Below are positions 61,301-64,000 of a DNA stretch of 64,000 bases, in pieces. The notes beneath the pieces were generated by a model, which was not told the origin of the DNA, did not search any database, and saw only the letters and a program-made list of their open reading frames with translations. This stretch comes from Bugula neritina (lineage: Eukaryota; Animalia; Bryozoa). Every line of letters starts with the position of its first letter. The stretch's first letter is position 1. Location: the NCBI GenBank assembly GCA_964035545.1, contig CAXIUT010000183.1, positions 124,001 through 188,000 of the forward strand, written 5' to 3'. The position numbers and the translations under genes are program-made.

Positions 61301-64000
61301 CATTGAAATATATTGCAACATACCTAAATATACGGTAATATACCGAAAAAAAAACTGTAACAGATTGAAAAATTCTGCAACATACTGAAATAAACTGCAA
61401 CACACTGAAATACAGCGCAAAATACTACAACATACTGAAATACACTGTAACATATTGAAATACACTGCAACACTTTGAAATATACTGCAACATACCGAAA
61501 TATATGGTAAACTACTATAATATACTGTAACACTTTGAGAAATAGTGCAACACACTGAAATATACTCTGACACATTGCAATATACTGTAACATACTGAAA
61601 TATGCTGTAGCACACTGAAATACATTGCAACTCACTGAAATATACTGCAACATACTGAAATACACTGTAACATATTGAAAAATACTGCAACATACTGCAA
61701 CATACTGAAATACACTGTAACATACTGAAATACATTGCAAAATACTACAACATACTGAAATACACTGTAACACATTGGAATATACTACAACATACCTAAA
61801 TATCCGGTAATATACTGAAATATACTGTAACACATTGAAAAATACTGCAACATACTGAAATACACTGCGACCCACTGAAATACATCGCAAAATACTACAA
61901 CATACTGAAATGCACTGTAACATATTGAAATACACTGCAACACATTGAAATATACTGCAACCTACAGAAATAGGTGGTAAACTACTGAAATATACTGTAA
62001 CACATTGAAAAATACTGCAACATACTGAAATGTACTGCAACATACTGAAATACACTGCTAGATACTGAAATGTACTGCAACATACTGCAACATTCTGAAA
62101 TACACTGTAACATACTGAAATACACTGCAACAAACCACAACATATTGAAATACACTGCAACACATTGAAATAGACTGCAACCTACCTAAATATACGGTAA
62201 TATACCGAAAAAAAAACTGTAACAGATTGAAAAATTCTGCAACATACTGAAATAAACTTCAACACACTGAAATACACCGCAAAATACTACAACATACTGA
62301 AATACACTGTAACATATTGAAATACACTGCAACACTTTGAAATATACTGCAACATACCGAAATATATGGTAAACTACTAAAATATACTGTAACACTTTGA
62401 AAAATAGTGCAACATACTGAAATATACTGCGACACTTTGCAATGTACTGTAACATACTGAAATATGCTGTAGCACACTGAAATACACTGCAACTCACTGA
62501 AATATACTGCAACATATTGAAATACACTGCAACATCCTACAACATGCTAAAATACACTGTAACATATTGAAATACACTACAACACATTGAAATATACTGC
62601 AACATACCGGAATATATGGTAAACTACTGAAATATACTGTAACACACTGAAAAATACTGCAACATACTGAAATATACTGCGACACATTGCAATATACTGC
62701 AACATACCAAAATATATGGTAAACTACTGAAATATACTTTAACACATTGAAAAATACTGCAACATACTGAAATATACTGTAACACACTGAAATATACTGC
62801 AACAAACTGAAATACACTGTAACATACTGAAATAAACTGCAACATACCAAAATATATGGTAAACTACTGAAATATACTTTAACACATTGAAAAATACTGC
62901 AACATACTAAAATATACTGTAACACACTGCAAGATACTGCAACATACCGAAATACACTGTAACATACTGAAACACACTGCAACATACTGCATTATACCGA
63001 CATACACTGGAACATATTGAAATACACTGCAACATCCTACAACATGCTGAAATACACTGTAACATATTGAAATACACTGCAACACAATGAAATATACTGC
63101 AACATACCAAAATATATGGTAAACTACTGAAATATACTTTAACACATTGAAAAATACTGCAATATACTGAAATATACTGTAACACACTGAAATATACTTC
63201 AACATACTGAAATACACTGTAACATACTGAAATAAACTGCAACATACTGAAATACACTGCAACATCCTACAACATACTGAATTACACTGTAACATATTGA
63301 AATACACTGCAACACATTGAAAAATACTGCAACATACCGAAATATATGGTAAACTATTGAATTATACTGTAACACATTGAAAAATACTGAAACACACTGA
63401 AATTTACTCTGACACAATGCAATATACTGTAACATACTGAAATATGCTGTAGCACACTGAAATACACTGCAACTCACTGAAATATACTGCAACATACTGA
63501 AAAACACTGTAACATATTGAAACATACTGCAACATACTACAACATATTGAAATACACTGCAACACATTGAAATATACTGCAACATACCTAAATATCCGGT
63601 AATATACTGAAATATACTGTAACACATTGAAAAATATTGCAACATACTGAAATACACTGCAACCCACTGAAATACATCGCAAAAGACTACAACATACTGA
63701 AATATACTGTAACACACTGAAATATACTGCAACATACTGAAATACACTGAAACATACTGAAATAAACTGCAATATACCAAAATATATGGTAAACTACTGA
63801 AATATACTGTAACACACTGAAAAATACTGCAACATACTGAAATATACTGCGACACATTGCAATATACTGCAACATATCAAAATATATGGTAAACTACTGA
63901 AATACACTTTAACACATTGAAAATTACTGCAACATACTGAAATATACTGTAACACACTGAAATATCCTGCAACAAACTGAAATACACTGTAACATATTGA
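48450..64000 (+). repeat. Block duplication, offset 10,552 bp (~48450-53450 copied at ~59000-64000)
   Basis: A tracts at 50794/61346 and 51656/62208. ORF pairs 48473/59025, 50352/60904 and 52327/62879. Confidence 0.85.

Larger units (their letters stand above)
1..64000 (+). repeat. Tandem satellite DNA array: 10-bp units alternating ACTGAAATAY / ACTGYAACAY (20-bp dimer) with higher-order structure
   Basis: Every line of the window parses into 10-bp units starting ACTG or a 1-2 nt variant (ATTG, ACTA, ACCA, ACCG). Orientation is the same throughout, with no unique sequence or insertion seen. The array runs off both window edges. Confidence 0.99.

Noticed and set aside
59-63875. Hundreds of minus-strand ORFs (62-438 aa) as Cys-rich or hydrophobic membrane proteins
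   Set aside because: They overlap in all three frames with the same peptide words and derive from a 10-bp period that is not a multiple of 3. They start and stop at satellite point variants, tolerate +2/+1 frameshifts, and contain no recognisable domain.
1-64000. CRISPR-like array, with dyad boxes as repeats and intervening DNA as spacers
   Set aside because: Intervening segments are 100-340 bp of the same satellite rather than unique 25-45 bp spacers. No leader or cas genes are present.
1-64000. Telomeric repeat array
   Set aside because: There are no G-runs or TTAGGG-like motif. The heavy unit divergence and kb-scale HORs are unlike telomerase-templated DNA.
1-64000. Inversions, transposon insertions, tRNA or rRNA genes
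   Set aside because: I saw no reverse-complement satellite tract (CAGT-phase units) and no non-satellite segment on reading the window.
1-64000. Assignment to a named satellite family or species
   Set aside because: I do not reliably recognise the monomer. A BLAST/Dfam/Repbase search with ACTGAAATATACTGCAACAT multimers would be needed.

Overview
The whole 64-kb window is one uninterrupted, single-orientation tandem satellite array, most likely eukaryotic centromeric/pericentromeric or other heterochromatic DNA. The species cannot be determined from the sequence. It is built from about 6,400 10-bp units of two alternating types, A = ACTGAAATAY and B = ACTGYAACAY, forming a 20-bp dimer of about 30% GC that is A-rich and G-poor on the + strand. 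Above this sits a nested hierarchy. A 17-bp dyad box, TACC-N9-GGTA, recurs about every 200 bp. A diverged 1,170-bp internal dimer and two paralogous A9-tract modules build a ~3.5-3.9 kb higher-order repeat (HOR, modal 3,854 bp). That HOR has been re-duplicated in near-identical blocks at offsets of 1,652, 1,760, 3,534, 3,552, 3,644, 3,854, 6,084, 6,578, 6,645, 10,179, 10,552 and 17,270 bp. The 10-bp register is broken only at 29 copies of one A-tract unit (+2 bp, once +1) and at one 2-bp deletion; all other length changes are multiples of 10. I found no credible genes, RNA genes, transposons or CRISPR arrays, and every ORF in the track is an artefact of the repeat. All coordinates and counts were obtained by eye, so block boundaries are approximate.
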